DNA of 64,000 nt from Chrysomallon squamiferum. Its lineage: Eukaryota > Animalia > Mollusca. Numbering within the stretch: position 1 is the stretch's first letter; every line of letters begins with the position of its first letter. The translations under genes were made by a program, and so were the position numbers. Under the pieces are notes generated by a model, which made no database searches, was not told the DNA's origin, and was given only the letters and a program-made list of their open reading frames with translations. This document shows positions 51,481 through 64,000 of the stretch, piece by piece. Where the stretch lies: contig CM022667.1 in the NCBI GenBank assembly GCA_012295275.1, positions 10,602,001 through 10,666,000 of the forward strand, read 5' to 3'.

Positions 51481-52687
51481 TTCAGCATTAAAAAGGAAAC
51501 ACAAATATAAACTTTGATATGTTCAGTTCTCTTGGTGACACTTTGCAATGAATCATGTCGTTTCTTCTTTTTTAAAACAAATTTTGATTTTTTTTTTTGA
51601 TTTTATTATTATTTTTTTTTTGTTTTGATTTCTTTTTCAGTAATGAAGTACATTAATTTGGTATTGGTTCTTTTTATTTTCATTTGCCTGTTGTGAAAGT
51701 ATATTTTTAAATTGAATTAAGTTTTTTTTGTTTGTTTTTTTTTTTTTTTTCTCTATTTTCATCAGTATAAATTTATAAATGTGTTCTTGATCCTGCTCTG
51801 CTTGTCTTTAGTGATACAGACAAAAGAATATAAATAAATAAATAAAAGATAAGAAAATGAATAATTAAAAAAAATCACAGTAATAAGAAAAAAAAACAAT
51901 AAAAATAATAATAAATAAATTTGAAAGATATTTTTTCAAAATTATACTAAATAAATTGCCATAATACAGACAATAGACAACAGATATACACATACAAACA
52001 AACATACTTACACAGGCAGACAAACACATAAAACAAACACAAAACACACACACACACACACACAAACAATCATTATGTTTTAACAGTTGCTAATACATAT
52101 TTCCAGAGAAAATGTATATATTAAAACCTTAAGATTAAAAATAATAATAAATAAGAACAACAACATGAAAACTCCTGTTTATTTAAAACTATTAATATTA
52201 AAACATTAATGTTAAATAAAATAATATTTAACCTTAGTAATGTATTATTGCATAAGTGTATGCATTTCATATGAGACTTTGAAAATTTGAAATGTTTTGT
52301 TAGTGTGGAGCATAATTATCTTCACTGGTTGCAGTTTAAAATATATTATTAAACATATATAGTTACATGTTTCAATAAATTTTTATAATAATAATAATAA
52401 TTAGAAGTAATACATCAGTTACTGATAAATAAGTTATGAAATTTTAATAATTATATAATTTTATGGTAATAATGATGATTACGATAATTAAAATACAACT
52501 CAATAATAAATATAACATCCCATTTTTATTTTTTTATTTTACTTTTAAATAATAATAAAATATAAAACATACAAAGTATTTTAGTTAACAGATTCCTAAT
52601 CACAGCATCAATTTAACCTATCTGCCATTTTTAAAAAAATCTTCTCTGACTCTTATGCCACCATTTTCTAATCACATTACTAAGCAC

Positions 52688-52729
<42 letters not shown>

Positions 52730-53170
52730 TTGTCAAGGTGTCATATTGTCAAATTGACCCTGGAGCTTTATCTCAGTATTGCCACATTCATACAACTATA
52801 AAAAAATTACAAAGAAGGAGTCAGAGAGAGAGAGATGTAAATTTTCATTGTGCTTCCCTGATTGTTGAAGCAGAATAATTCTTGAAAAGTGAAAATTATC
52901 CATTACTGGTAAATTTGATAATGATTTCGGTTCATGGCAGTTGTAATATGCAAGGTGAAAAAGAGCGTTGTCACAGACGTATTTCGGACAGAACAAGCAT
53001 CGCCGAAGGGTGTGATCCTGCAGTGAACAGTCTTTGTGAGATTCAGTGACGATTTAATGAAAGCTTGACACTGCTTGTCTTAAAACTTTGAATAAAACAG
53101 TCATTTAAAAAAAAAAAAAAAAAATGAATGATTTAAAAAAAAAATGAAGTTAAACACACATACACACACA

Positions 53171-53213
<43 letters not shown>

Positions 53214-53497
53214 TCTTAAAATCCATTTTTGTCATAATCATTTTCCTTAATGTTAATAAAAATCTCTAATGTTTATTGGATAAATTTTAATTTAAAAAAT
53301 ATTTTGTGAAAAGTTATTCATCTATATATTATATTTATTATCCACAATAATATAAAATAGCTGTTGTCTGTCTTTTGTTTACTTCTCTTTTCAATTTTAT
53401 TCTCTCTTCTATCCTTCAGTCTGAATGCCTGTTTTCTATCTATATCTATTTCTCTCTTTATCATTTTTCTATCTATATCTATTTCTCTATTTATCAG

Positions 53498-53598
<101 letters not shown>

Positions 53599-54345
53599 CA
53601 TTTTCGCTATTTGTCTTTCTTAATTCTATTTCACTTATCTCGCAGAATCACTTAACGGGTTATACTAAAAATGTTTTCTTTCTTCCGACTGGAGACACTT
53701 TTTTATTTATTTTATTAAACCTGAAATCCTCTGAGAAGTGACCCCCTCAATAACTAGAGAAACACCACCGAGAAAACTTTCCATTCTCCCATCACTTTTT
53801 AAAAACTTGAAATGACCAATGAAAGATTAATGAAAATAATTATTTCTCTATCTCCAGGGACCGAAGAGTGTCACACGGAGGCCAAGTAGAGTTGTTTCCC
53901 CTGACAGGTAGGTCGCTCTGATACGGTAAAGATTTTGCAGTATTAATCTCTCCACCACTGCCCTTTGTTTTTGATTAATTGTGCCTATGATTATTAGATT
54001 GTCCGATTCGTGCATCGTTTTGATTAATAGACAACCAAAGCCATGTCATGGTGATCATAGCCTTTGGGACATGATTAGTCGTGTTTTCCTGGGACTGGGG
54101 AGGAGGGGGGGGAAGTTCTTGACATGGTAGTGACATCAGACGTGAGCTGAAGTTGATTGAATGTTTGTATTCCTGTGGGTTCATCACAATACAAAGAATT
54201 TGTATTGGTTATGTTGATGGTCTGTTTTGATTTTTGATACTGAGATATTGCTGTTCAGTTTATTATGATTGTATTTAATTAATGTTTGTGCGTTTTTGTT
54301 TTTGTTGTTTTTTTCCTGTGTTTTATTATTATAAGTTGTTTTATT

Positions 54346-54386
<41 letters not shown>

Positions 54387-54487
54387 AAGAATTAGTTAAG
54401 ATGGTAAAATTATGAATAAACAGATTTGCATACAGTTACGTATGCTTGCAAAACAGAAATGGAAATGTACTTGATTTCCAGTCATTT

Positions 54488-54523
<36 letters not shown>

Positions 54524-54663
54524 TGGTTATTTTTAAATTTTTAATTAATTAATTAATTTATTCATTTAATGATAATTTTATTATTATTATTATTTTTTTA
54601 TTTTATTTATTCATTGCTTTATTAATTAATTAATTAATTAATTTATTTAATGGTTATTTTATT

Positions 54664-54726
<63 letters not shown>

Positions 54727-55795
54727 GCCATTCTTCAAAACAACTCATTGTGTTGTGTAATTAAGCTAGCTGTGTGATAAATCAAAATCGTGGATATCAT
54801 TGTCCCGGATTGGGAAAAAACACATCACTCTTAGTTCTCGGAGAAAACTAAACTAATTTAACTGTTCTTTTAATGTCACTGCTGTCACAGTAGTTTTACA
54901 CTTTATTATTTTCAGCCAGTCATTTCATTCGCATTTCTTAAAGATAAATGCAGTGCTGGGATGCAATTCTTATATTTCTCAACCTCAGGAAAATGAAAAA
55001 AAAAAAAAAAAAAAAAATTTCAATCATAGTCGAAATTTCCATTAACAATGAAGAAGATTCACAATTTGTTTTCTTCCATTTTAGAAGAAGAAGAAGAAGA
55101 AGAAGAAGAAAAAAATGTTACATAGCCTTGATTAAAACTTTGACTGGCTTATAAGAATTTGATGAAATTTCAAACAGTTAACTTTATTAATGCGAATTTG
55201 AAATTTTCCTTGATTTCTTGCAGCATACAAATTCCTCGTGTTAGGGCTTCTAGAGCTGGAAATGATTGGGGGGGCTGAACGGCAGTTAATTGGTAGCGGG
55301 AAAAATGAGACGAATGATTGTGGTTTTCAAAAGTTTGCGATAAAAAAAAAAGAAAAAAAAAAGGGTGAGAGTTAATCTGTGGAGTGAGAGAGAATACATT
55401 TCGGTTTGAAATTGGTCTGTAAATTAATGTCTTGATTGGCCGTTATTCCTTCGATTGAATCTTCATTATTGATTATTCTGATATTAATGTTGTCCTGAAG
55501 GATTGTTTTGTCTTTTGGGTTGGTTGCGCTGTCTCAGATGTTGCAGGGGAGGGGATTTTTCTTGACGTTTTTGTAAAATATATTTTGTTTATAATGTGGT
55601 GATTATTGTTTTTCTCGTGTTGCTGTTTTGATTGTTAAATGTCAGGGTAATGAACTAAGAGATAAACTGTTTTGTCTTTTGTGATAAGTTTTCTTTAATT
55701 TTTCTGTGTGTGAAATTGTATATGCTTGTGTGTTTTTCTCTGTGTGTAAGATTATGGGTATTTTGTGAGTTTGTGTGTGTATGTGTGTATGTATT

Positions 55796-55835
<40 letters not shown>

Positions 55836-56670
55836 TGTGTGTGAATGTTTGTGCATGTGTTTGTTGATAATATAGATCTTTGTATGTATGTTTGTGTGTT
55901 TTTTTTTTTTAAATCCTTAAGTATATTGTATATATTATTTATATTAAACAGCGAAAGGTCCATTTTATGAATCATTGGGGAATTAGTTTTGTAAGAATCT
56001 GTGTTTGTATTTATGTACAGTCCTGTGCTTATTTAGTATTTTATATGTATGTCAGTATATCTACATATGTGTGTGTGTGTGTGTGTGTGTCTCAGTACTT
56101 TTAGTTTCAAAGTCATAACTTTTTGTTTAAGACCTTTACCTTTAGATTAAAATCACTATTTTTTGATAAATCACCACCAAGCAGTCTTATATTAGAGTCA
56201 CTAATTTCAGCTTAAAATCACTAGCTGTCACCTTTAAATTGAAATTACTAGCTTTGGATAAATGGCACCTAGTTAGTACACATTAAAATCTGTGAATTTT
56301 TTTAAAATAATAAAATACTCTAACACAAACACACTCATCTCACACTCTTTCCACTCTATTTCTTTTTTCTTTTCTTTTTATCGTTTTTCTTTTTTTCTTC
56401 ATTTTTTTTTTTTTTTTTTTTTTCTTTACTAACTTGCATCTTTCTCTAGACACTGTCAGATGTACTTCTATTGGCCTGCCATTGAGGAATGAGTCTGTTG
56501 ATTGTTGGCGACGTCTGAATATTGCTTAATTTTCTTCTTGCCGATCAGATGACGATACGATCAGGCAATTATGATTATCTGCAAACAAAACAGAGAGTCC
56601 ATATGAATTTCGTCGCTCGTGGCAATCAACACATTTTTACCAAGTCGCTCTGACGCTAGTCCTGCGAGAT

Positions 56671-56730
56671 AACGTCCATTTACGCGTCAATTTTGCAACC
56701 GACGTCCATTTCGGTGTCAATTTTGCAAGC
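56671..56730. repeat. 30-bp tandem duplication within a complex non-coding island
   Basis: AACGTCCATTTACGCGTCAATTTTGCAACC followed by GACGTCCATTTCGGTGTCAATTTTGCAAGC. Confidence 0.9.
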
Positions 56731-57733
56731 AGGAGTCCCCCGGCTTCGCAGGCAGATGATATGCATTCCCACTAGCAAATAAAGAAATTACGATTTTTCT
56801 TAGCGACTAAACTTAATACAGCGGACGGCATATTTCCAGCGTGTTAATTATTTACCTTATTTGCAAGTTTATTATCATCAGCTGCTTGGTAAATATTAGA
56901 TTATCTTCCGCCTCGGTTCAGATGTTGATGGTTGGTCAGTTGTAGTCTGGCGAGGGAATTTCTCTTTGCATATTTTTGTCGATGTGCATTTCCACGTTCC
57001 CAGATCGACGATGGGTTAATGAGATTGCGGATTATATATATATATGGAGGATGAATAATTTAAATACTTACAAATAGATATTCAAATCCACATCTACAAA
57101 TGTGTTAGTAAACCCATATACATACACACATACACAAACATAAATATCAATACACGCAGAGAAAAACACTGAAACATACAAATTCACACACACAGAAACA
57201 TTAAAGAAAACTTGACTATCACAAAAGACAGAACAGTTTATCTCTTAGTTGATATCCTAAAATTTAATAATCAAAACAGCAACATGGGAAAAACAATAAT
57301 CACACACACACAGATACACACAGCCACACACAGACACACACACACACACACACACACTAACAAGCATGCAAACACAGATTTGACATCAAAGTGTATTAAT
57401 TTTAGTATTGCACGAACAAATAAAGATTTATTGTCAACTGTTCTCTTCTCCATTACAAAACCAATGAGATTCTCAGCACAGGTTTCAATTTTTAAAACAC
57501 AATTTTATTTTATTCCTCTACAACATTTTTTTTTAAATCTTCTGACACGAGATTTGACAAAAGCTCTCCATCACTGTTTTTGCTTTATGGGCCCAGAGGA
57601 ATTCATCTGAAATGTTGAACATCTGAGCTTGTTTCCGATAACATTCAAAATGAATGAGTGCATGGATGTTTGTAGAGTGACACTTCATTGAGTTTGAATT
57701 TTAGCTGTTTTTATACTGTCAGAGATATGAGTT

Positions 57734-57800
<67 letters not shown>

Positions 57801-58441
57801 TAAGATAGTATGTGTGTTTGTTGTATATCTAAGTATGTAGGAGATTCAGTATATAATACATGAAATGTATGTATGCATATTTTTTCGTTATATAAATGTG
57901 TGTGTGTATAAATATATAGGTACTTACATGTGTATGTACATGAGTGTGGACGTAATTATAAATAAATAAAGTTAATTATTAAAAAAAAAAAAGTATATCT
58001 TAGAATGGGTGTTACATATATAAATTAAATAATAATAATTATATTTTTTTTTAACCAAATCATCCTAAAAATAATAATTTTAAATTAAATAAGTGCTAAA
58101 GAATTAAAAATAAACAAATAACCAATTAAAAAACCAATAAAAATAAATTTAAAAAGTACTATATATTAAATAACAGATTAATATTAAATAAGTAAAATTA
58201 AAAATTGCAAAATGCATTTTGGAAAAGTTAATTAATATATAAATTAAAAACAAATAAAATTAAATTAAAAAAGAATGGACATGAAATAACAGATTAATAA
58301 TAAATAAATTAAATTAAATAATAGATAAATACATTTTTGAAAAGTTCATTAATATATAAATTAAAAATATACACAAAGCGTTATCATAATAAAAATTTAT
58401 ATAACTAAAACTCATAATTCAGATATTTTAAAATGTCAAGA

Positions 58442-58501
<60 letters not shown>

Positions 58502-58721
58502 TGATTAATCAATTATATAAAACATAAATTAACACTTCAGAATGTGTGTGTGTTTGTTTTATTATTTTTTTATTTAATTATTTTTTGCAAACTTTTCTTC
58601 TTTTCTTTATTAATTTCTTTTTTCTTCCTTTTCTTTTTTTTTAAACTTTTTTAATTCAGAGGATTAAAATTATTTGATAAAGCATATAATAACACTTCAG
58701 AATTTATTTCTTTAGATTATT

Positions 58722-58726
<5 letters not shown>

Positions 58727-58785
<59 letters not shown>

Positions 58786-58800
58786 CATCTATCTATCTAT
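58727..58800. repeat. (TATC)n tetranucleotide microsatellite
   Basis: Direct inspection. Confidence 0.95.
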
Positions 58801-59246
58801 TTATTTATTTATTTTCTTTTAATTCTTTTCCTTAACCTTTCTTTGGTCTTTTATTTATTCCAATTTTTTTTTTTTTCTTTCTTTTCTATAATTCTTAGGA
58901 TTACAGTTATTTATTAACTTATAAAACAGATATTAATACTTCACAGCTTGTGTAAGAAGATGTGGTGAGGGGGAAATAATCTCGAATGATTGACACTAAA
59001 TCAAACAATGTTATTCTCACCACCACACACACATGTTCACTCCACCAATGATTTGTTGCATAATTATTGACATTTATGGAAATCTGTATTGATACCAATA
59101 ATCAACTCTCTCTCTTCATCCTTTCCGGAAACTTTCAGCTGAATATGCATGAATTTCTTTTCCATTCTTTTTAAAAACTATATATTACTTCTTTTCTTTT
59201 TCTTTCTTTTTTTTTTTTTTTTTTTTTTTTGTCTCAATTCTGATTT

Positions 59247-59279
<33 letters not shown>

Positions 59280-59281
<2 letters not shown>

Positions 59282-59600
59282 GTCCCTCGTTGGTGCATAT
59301 TCAGTCGCACTTCTCTCCCTTTCTTCATCATCTTATGTATTTTATACGATGCATGACTGTTTTGCTGGTCGTAAATCAGAATTATCCACATAATCATCAC
59401 AATTTATGGCAAAACAGTGTGCTTGAATGGCGTTAATATGCCAGACAAGATGGCGGCCTCAGTAATAGGATCCTGTGATGGGTGAAACATGGTTGTAATT
59501 CCCGTAAAAAGAACGCTATTATCAATCTCCATGTGATATTTCATGGGTGTTTGTGTGGTCTGTCAAAATTTGATATGTCGAAGATGGTGCGAAACATTTG
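59280..59600. promoter_or_regulatory. Candidate regulatory island with Pbx-Hox and YY1 consensus sites
   Basis: GTCGTAAATCA (TGATTTACGAC on the minus strand) at 59368-59378, TTTATGG at ~59403, and the full YY1 consensus CAAGATGGCGGC at 59446-59457. Confidence 0.5.
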
Positions 59601-60084
59601 AGTAAGAAGATTATGCTGTCGTTTGTTTTTTTTTTTTTTTTTTGGTGTGTTTTTTGTTTTGTGTTTGTTCCAGTTGTGGTTGAAATGGTGCTGGTTGTAG
59701 TTACGAAGTCACTTTTGACATACTGGAATAGTGTGTATTTGTCAGTGATAATTAAATGTACGAACTGTTGTTTTTGACATTGTTAATTAGTTATCAAGGT
59801 AGCTTGATAAGTATTTAATAATAATAACAATAATAATAATAGCACTAAGGATAAAACAATAATGATATATGTTTTTTTTCCTTTTTAAAATTCTAAGTCT
59901 TATTTAGATGTGGTTTACATAATTCATTTAATTTAATATTTTATTTTAATAATTTAATATTGAAATTTCACGGACATGCTGATGGAAATCTAAGACATTG
60001 TTTCTGCTGTTCACATGACATTTATTTATAAATAATTAAAGGTGACAGCACTGTGTATGAGTTCAGCCAGTGATGATAATTAAT

Positions 60085-60117
<33 letters not shown>

Positions 60118-60769
60118 AATAATAATAGCAATAACAGCAACGCCAATAACGATATAAATAATAATGTGAGAGAGATGATGATAACAACAACAACAGTGAT
60201 AATAATACCTCAGTTTAACACTTTCTCACTACATTTTTATCTTGATAATGTCCATTTGTCTGTTGGTCTAAAGTATTTCTGTCTGTTTGTCTGATACTCT
60301 CTTTCTTCCTCACAAACTCTATGAAACTAAAATATCTCTAACTCTTTCTCCATCTCATTCTCTCTTTTAGTCTGTTTTCTCTCTGTCCTTCTTTCTTGCT
60401 TTCATGTTCCCTCCGTCTCTCTCTCTCTCTTTCCTTATTTCTCATTCTAAGTCTCACCGACTCTCTTTCTCTCTCACTTTGACTCCCTCTCCCTTGTTTT
60501 TCTTTCTTTCTTTCTTTCTCTCTCCCATTTTCTTATTTTTATCTCTTTCTCTCTCTCCCTCTCTCTCCTCCTCCTGCTCTTTTTTTGCATTTGTGGGTCT
60601 TTCTTCATTTACTAATCTACTGTACATCAGTGTTTGTCTGGCTGTCTTTTGTCATCTAATCATTCAGCAGTGTTTCTGACTAACAGACTTACAGATGTAT
60701 GGATCTTACTAATCAGCTGTCTAGTCTTATCACTATTTTATTAACCAAAAACAACAAAACCAAAAATAA

Positions 60770-60802
<33 letters not shown>

Positions 60803-61407
60803 TAATAATAATAATAGAAGAAGAAGAAGAAGGAAAAAGTTATAGAAATAAAAACAAGACAAATGATTATCCTTATTATTAACAGAGCATGTTTTTGTTT
60901 TGTTAATATAGAAGCAAGAATATTTTTAATTTTTCAAAACCAACAACAACAACAAATGTAATAATAATAATAATAATAATAATAATTAAATAAACAAATA
61001 AATTTTATAAATAAAATAATTTTATTTTGAAACTTTCCTTTTTATAAATAATTTTTTAAAAAAAAGAGTAAAATTTTCAGAATAAATAAATATTCTAATT
61101 CACAATACTTCATAAATAACACAACTAAACAGCTGAATGTTTTCTTTCAGTGATTAAAATTTAACTTTTGTTATTTCTCAGTACAGGAGAGCTTTATGAA
61201 AATGTCAGTAGTCTCCCTTTAATCATTAACAGACTGATTTAAACATCAGTGTAGTTTTAATTTGGTTCTGTTTGCAAAGCTGAGCAAGAATGTATGTATA
61301 GTAATTTGAACAGTCTGGAATATTCAAATAATTCTTTTATTTCTTGGTCTTTTGGTTTGTGAATAAAAGTGAATATAGGGGCAAGGAAAAGAAAAACAGA
61401 ATGCTAT

Positions 61408-61461
<54 letters not shown>

Positions 61462-63907
61462 GTAATAATAAATTAAATACAAATATATTATGAAAAGCCA
61501 AATGAAATGTAGAAATTAAATAATAATAGTTTTAAATAATTATATTAAAGATAGTTTATGGAATTTATTTTGATTTTAAAAAGTTAATGAAATTAATTTA
61601 TCTTTCTATTCATTTAAATCGGTGAAGATGTTTATTACTTGTCCATCCATCCAAACATCTAAATAATTAGTTATTTCCTAAAAAAATGTTTTGAATTTAT
61701 TGTTTTATTTATCCATCCATAATTTAACAATATGTATTTCTAAAATATCTAAAATTTTATTACTTATTAAGTTTATCTTATTTTAATTATTATTATTATT
61801 ACTTTTTTAAATATATTTTCTTTAACTATATTTAAAATTTCCTCATTCAATTTTTAAAATGTTTTTTAACTGGTTTGTTATTAATAATGAAAACAAAAAT
61901 AGAGAAAAAAAAATGAAGTAAAAAAATATTTTAAAAAATAATGCTTTAAAAAAAAAAAAATAAATAAAAGAAAATAATAAAAAAATTACTAAAGAAAGAA
62001 AGAAAGAAGGAAATGAATGAATAAATACATTAAACCAAAATAATAATAATAAAGTACAACACAAAACACCACAAAACAGTAAAACAAACAAAACAAAACA
62101 AAAACAAAAAGAAAACCACCAGCATTTTATTATCACTCTGTCATATACCTAATCACATTTTCAACATTTCACTTTTAATTAATCTGTCATTCTCCGTATC
62201 GTTAAGTTAATTAACCCTATCGGAAAACAAAACTCTCTGTAATAACGCATTTCGGTAAACATTCACAGTTGAGAAAACTTCACTGCCAAGATTTTCGTCT
62301 GAAATAACTTCGTGATGTCATTATAATTCTGATCTTTTCACATTTTGCTCAACTTGGGATTGAGTAAGACTCATCAGAATATCGCCAAGGGAAAACCATG
62401 TCATCAGGCTAGAAATGAATTGCTCATTTTTCCTCACAGAAAAAAAAAAAGACTTCATACTGGCCAAGGGCTTCTGCCAATAACCTCGCCTAAATCAAGT
62501 CGGCTAAAAGTTGGCTTCCAAACGGTAATTGATACTATCAAAAACTAATATGAAGTTCAGAAGATGGGGCCTTCGCTGCCACATTTTCATTTCGGTTGGC
62601 GTAAAATGTGTGCTTTGGGGAATATTATGTAGCTGTTGAGAAAGAAAATCATTTCAATGACTTACTGCGCTATTAATTGAATTGCCCCTCCTGTTCCTGG
62701 TCATATCTTGGTGTGCGAACCTCCCTTCACTCTCCGCTTAATTGATAACTGAATTGTTTTCAAATTGATATTGTAACTTGACGTTGGAGGCAAAATTGTC
62801 TCTAATTTTGAAAATTTCTTTTTTAAGTTGTTGTTTTTTTTTAATTTTTTTTTTTTTGTGATTTCACAATCTCATATATTATCGAATCTTTTCTTTCTGT
62901 TATGCAAATTAAATTATACTTTTCACAATATTGTAACTACTCTGAGAAGATGAGTGAATTCTTAAAAAAACCACAAAAAAAAAAAAAACACCCAAGGAAT
63001 AATAGCGATTGTTGTAATGAATTTAAAAACAAAATGTAACAAAGAAAACAAACAAACAAATAAATAAATAAATAAAATTATCTCACTTTGTACTTTTATC
63101 TTTTACCCCCCAAAAAAAACACAACTAATTTAAGTGATTAAAAACAATTTTTAAAAAAATTAATAAATAAAACATTCTCTCCCCTCTGCAATCTGCCCAC
63201 TTTCAATTCCCTTCATCTCAAAAGAATTCTCAGTTCTGACAAATCTTTATCCTCGGTGCTAAAACCCAAAGTTCAGTCTCCATAATCAAATTTTGAATAT
63301 TAATAACCACTCAAGTTGGAGTTAATTGTCTTGCAGTCATTTGCTTTTAACCTTTTGTCTTGGCGGAATGGCGTGGAATTTTCTTCAACATCACTTTGTG
63401 AGAGTCGGATTTCATTTCTGTAATTCCCCGAGATTGAATGACATTAACCCCGTTCACACGAACCAACCCTGCATGATTTAATGTCCTTCAGAAAGTCCTT
63501 CACAGTCGCAAGATGACTCAAAACTGAAACTCAAAATGCGTTTTTTTTTTCGGTTTTTATTTTTTTTCATTTTGAGTGCATGAATATAACGTGTACAGAT
63601 TCTGAAAAAGAGAGACAGACTCCAAATTTGTTACTTTGAGCAGAAACACAAATTTATTCAATTTTTGTGTTTGTGAAAAGAATTTTTTTATTTAATTTTC
63701 TGAGAACTCAAAGTTGAGAACTCAAAAATGCTTTTTATAATTCTGAAGTAATAAACCGAAATTTGAAATTATTTGATTTTAAAATATTGGAAAGCAGAGT
63801 AAAATTGATTTTGATCATGATTAGTCAGTGCTGAAAAATAATAATAATAATAAATGTATATACTCTTCTCTCTCTCTCTATGTCTGTTTCTCTTTCTTTC
63901 TTTCTTT

Positions 63908-63911
<4 letters not shown>

Positions 63912-63994
<83 letters not shown>
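63912..63994. repeat. (CT)n microsatellite
   Basis: Direct inspection. Confidence 0.95.
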
Positions 63995-63998
<4 letters not shown>

Positions 63999-64000
63999 CA

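Overview
AT-rich, microsatellite-dense animal genomic DNA with spliceosomal GT-AG introns (an invertebrate, probably a lophotrochozoan such as a mollusc; this is inference). Five protein-coding genes can be read by hand: (1) a partial minus-strand gene with a Ly6/uPAR (three-finger) domain followed by an EB/EGF-like Cys module (356-1702, continuing off the left edge); (2) AMFR/gp78 ERAD E3 ligase (+, 15 coding exons, 6985-14869); (3) DAD1/OST2 (-, 20228-21202, probably with a 3'-UTR intron); (4) a ZNF507 orthologue (+, 23888-27774), head-to-head with DAD1, whose long coding exon has a frame break at a poly-His/poly-Ser dual-frame repeat; (5) a ZFP64 orthologue (+, 9 coding exons, 37233-46447). 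The last ~17 kb has no recognisable CDS. It holds islands of complex non-coding sequence with Pbx-Hox, Meis, homeodomain and YY1 motifs. The human orthologues of these genes lie near SALL/TSHZ paralogues, so the window may preserve an ancestral zinc-finger gene neighbourhood with the edge of a teashirt/spalt regulatory landscape. MITE-like and LINE/SINE-like remnants and several minisatellites are also present. No prokaryotic features (CRISPR etc.) and no tRNA/rRNA genes were seen.
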